Of a DNA stretch of 24,425 nt, positions 23,227 through 24,425 are shown one piece after another. The notes under the pieces are model-generated. The model was not told the origin of the DNA. It worked only from the letters and a program-made list of their open reading frames with translations, and ran no database searches. Position 1 is the stretch's first letter. Every line of letters starts with the position of its first letter. This stretch comes from a virus (Duplodnaviria > Caudoviricetes), in the IMG/VR virus record IMGVR_UViG_3300035239_000090, positions 1 through 24,425 of that record. One strand, 5' to 3'. Made by a program: the position numbers and the translations under genes.

Positions 23227-24378
23227 ATGTCTAATCCAACTTTTGGTTATTTAGCGTCTCTTGTTCCAGCGTTAAAAACAAGAGAAGTTCTTCATACTGC
23301 CCCCGCTGGTAAAGTAGTAGAAGGAAAAATTGTAATTACTCACAGAGATAGCTATCCTGTAAGAGTAAGAATCGGTGTGTCTTCGGGTAGCATCACTGAT
23401 TTTAATGCTGAAAATTATATTTTATATGATCAAGAAATTGCCGAAGGGCAAAGTTATGAAAGTGACACACTTTACTATGGCAACAATCAATCATTAGTTG
23501 TGTGGTCTGATTGTGTAAACACCAACTTCATTATCCATGGTCAGATCCAAGAGGATCCCACTGGTACAGGTTTTGTAGCAGCGGCAAAACTATCCCCAAG
23601 ACAGAATACTATTTTGTATACTGTTCCCACCAATGAAGAAGCTCTATTAAGTATATTTGTTGCTAATCAAGGTTCATCAAATGGAAGATTTAGATTAGCA
23701 ATCAGTGATGAAGGCGCAGGCGCTGCTATCACGCAAGATGAGTATATCGAATATAATACTGATATTGTTCCCAGATCTTCGTATCAAAGAAAAGATATTA
23801 AAGTAAGAGGGGATCAATCTATCGTTGCTTGGTCTGATGATGCTAATGTATCATTTTCAGTCTATGCAAAATTTAATTACTCTGTAATCAGTACAGACTT
23901 TAGTGTTGCTGGAGAGTTGAGTACTGGAGGTAAAGCAACCATTGGTGGTAACATCATTGGTAATTCAAACCTTTCTGTATCAGGAACTTCAACTTTATCA
24001 GGTAATACTACTTTAGGATCTCTTGCTGTTCCAGCATCTTTAACTACTTACGGAACAGTTACTTCAAAAAATTCATCAGATCAAAGTACAATTACAATTC
24101 TGTCGGAGACAGGAAATATTGTTACCTCTGGAGCAGTAAGTTCAAATACATTAACTACATCGGGAGACATTACTGTAGGAACTAGCAAGATTGTTGCTGA
24201 ATCATCTACAGGCAATCTTTCAGTTACTGGTAATCTTTCAGTTAGTGGAGTATCTTCTGATCTGAATCTTCTAAATAATAAAGTAACGAATCTGGCAGAT
24301 CCTGCTGCCGCAACGGACGCTGCAAATCGCAAGTACGTTGATAGTAAGGTTGTAGCATTCTCTATCGCACTAGGATAA
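23227..24378 (+). CDS. virion fibre-like protein (383 aa): two tandem beta-sandwich domains, Ser/Thr/Gly repeat shaft, YadA-stalk-like motif
   Basis: Two copies of the 13353-13673 domain, GNLSVxG repeats, and a NKVTNLADP...TDAANRKYVD...AFSIALG C-terminus. Confidence 0.78.
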   Translation: MSNPTFGYLASLVPALKTREVLHTAPAGKVVEGKIVITHRDSYPVRVRIGVSSGSITDFNAENYILYDQEIAEGQSYESDTLYYGNNQSLVVWSDCVNTNFIIHGQIQEDPTGTGFVAAAKLSPRQNTILYTVPTNEEALLSIFVANQGSSNGRFRLAISDEGAGAAITQDEYIEYNTDIVPRSSYQRKDIKVRGDQSIVAWSDDANVSFSVYAKFNYSVISTDFSVAGELSTGGKATIGGNIIGNSNLSVSGTSTLSGNTTLGSLAVPASLTTYGTVTSKNSSDQSTITILSETGNIVTSGAVSSNTLTTSGDITVGTSKIVAESSTGNLSVTGNLSVSGVSSDLNLLNNKVTNLADPAAATDAANRKYVDSKVVAFSIALG

Positions 24379-24392
24379 TACGGAGTTTATAA

Positions 24393-24425
24393 ATGGCAAA
24401 AAGACAAATTAGAGACTATGTATTC
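24393..24425 (+). CDS. start of the next gene, probably structural (MAKRQIRDYVF...), truncated at the 3' end
   Basis: GGAG SD at 24382-24385 and an ATG at 24393, open to the window end. Confidence 0.6.
   Translation, partial: MAKRQIRDYVF

Noticed and set aside
3375-24332. Short minus-strand and nested ORFs other than hldD
   Set aside because: All lie within or across well-supported genes and have no recognisable motifs or start signals.
1-24425. tRNA, rRNA, introns, inteins, homing endonucleases or IS elements
   Set aside because: Intergenic gaps are all under about 120 nt and are explained by promoters or terminators. No such motifs were recognised in the ORFs.

Overview
Late-gene region of a T4-like myovirus, most likely a marine cyanophage (Kyanoviridae-like). 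Evidence: repeated TATAAATA late-promoter boxes before most operons, C(UUCG)G and G(CUUG)C hairpin terminators, and cyanophage-style virion proteins. Bases 1-17.7 kb encode virion, fibre and adhesin proteins: a cupredoxin-motif C-terminus, a 469-aa subunit with a double late promoter and its own terminator, a 2001-aa protein built from ~20-aa repeats with 82-83-aa and exact 246-aa super-periods, an Mtd_N-type protein, a 1091-aa carbohydrate-binding/beta-helix fibre, two small adaptors, three Gly/Cys-rich paralogous adhesin-like proteins and a chaperone-like protein. Bases 17.8-23.2 kb are a sugar-modification cassette: GT9 heptosyltransferase-like enzyme, NodU/CmcH carbamoyltransferase, split HldE halves, HAD phosphatase, cupin, and an inverted HldD. 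Structural genes resume afterwards. Best leads, all inference: (i) a ruler-templated filament made of the 469-aa subunit and the 2001-aa repeat scaffold; (ii) a self-contained NDP-heptose/carbamoyl pathway that may modify the virion fibres, with apparent non-orthologous replacements for GmhA and GmhB; (iii) three Cys-rich polyglycine adhesins. Family calls come from motif recognition by eye. No database searches were run.
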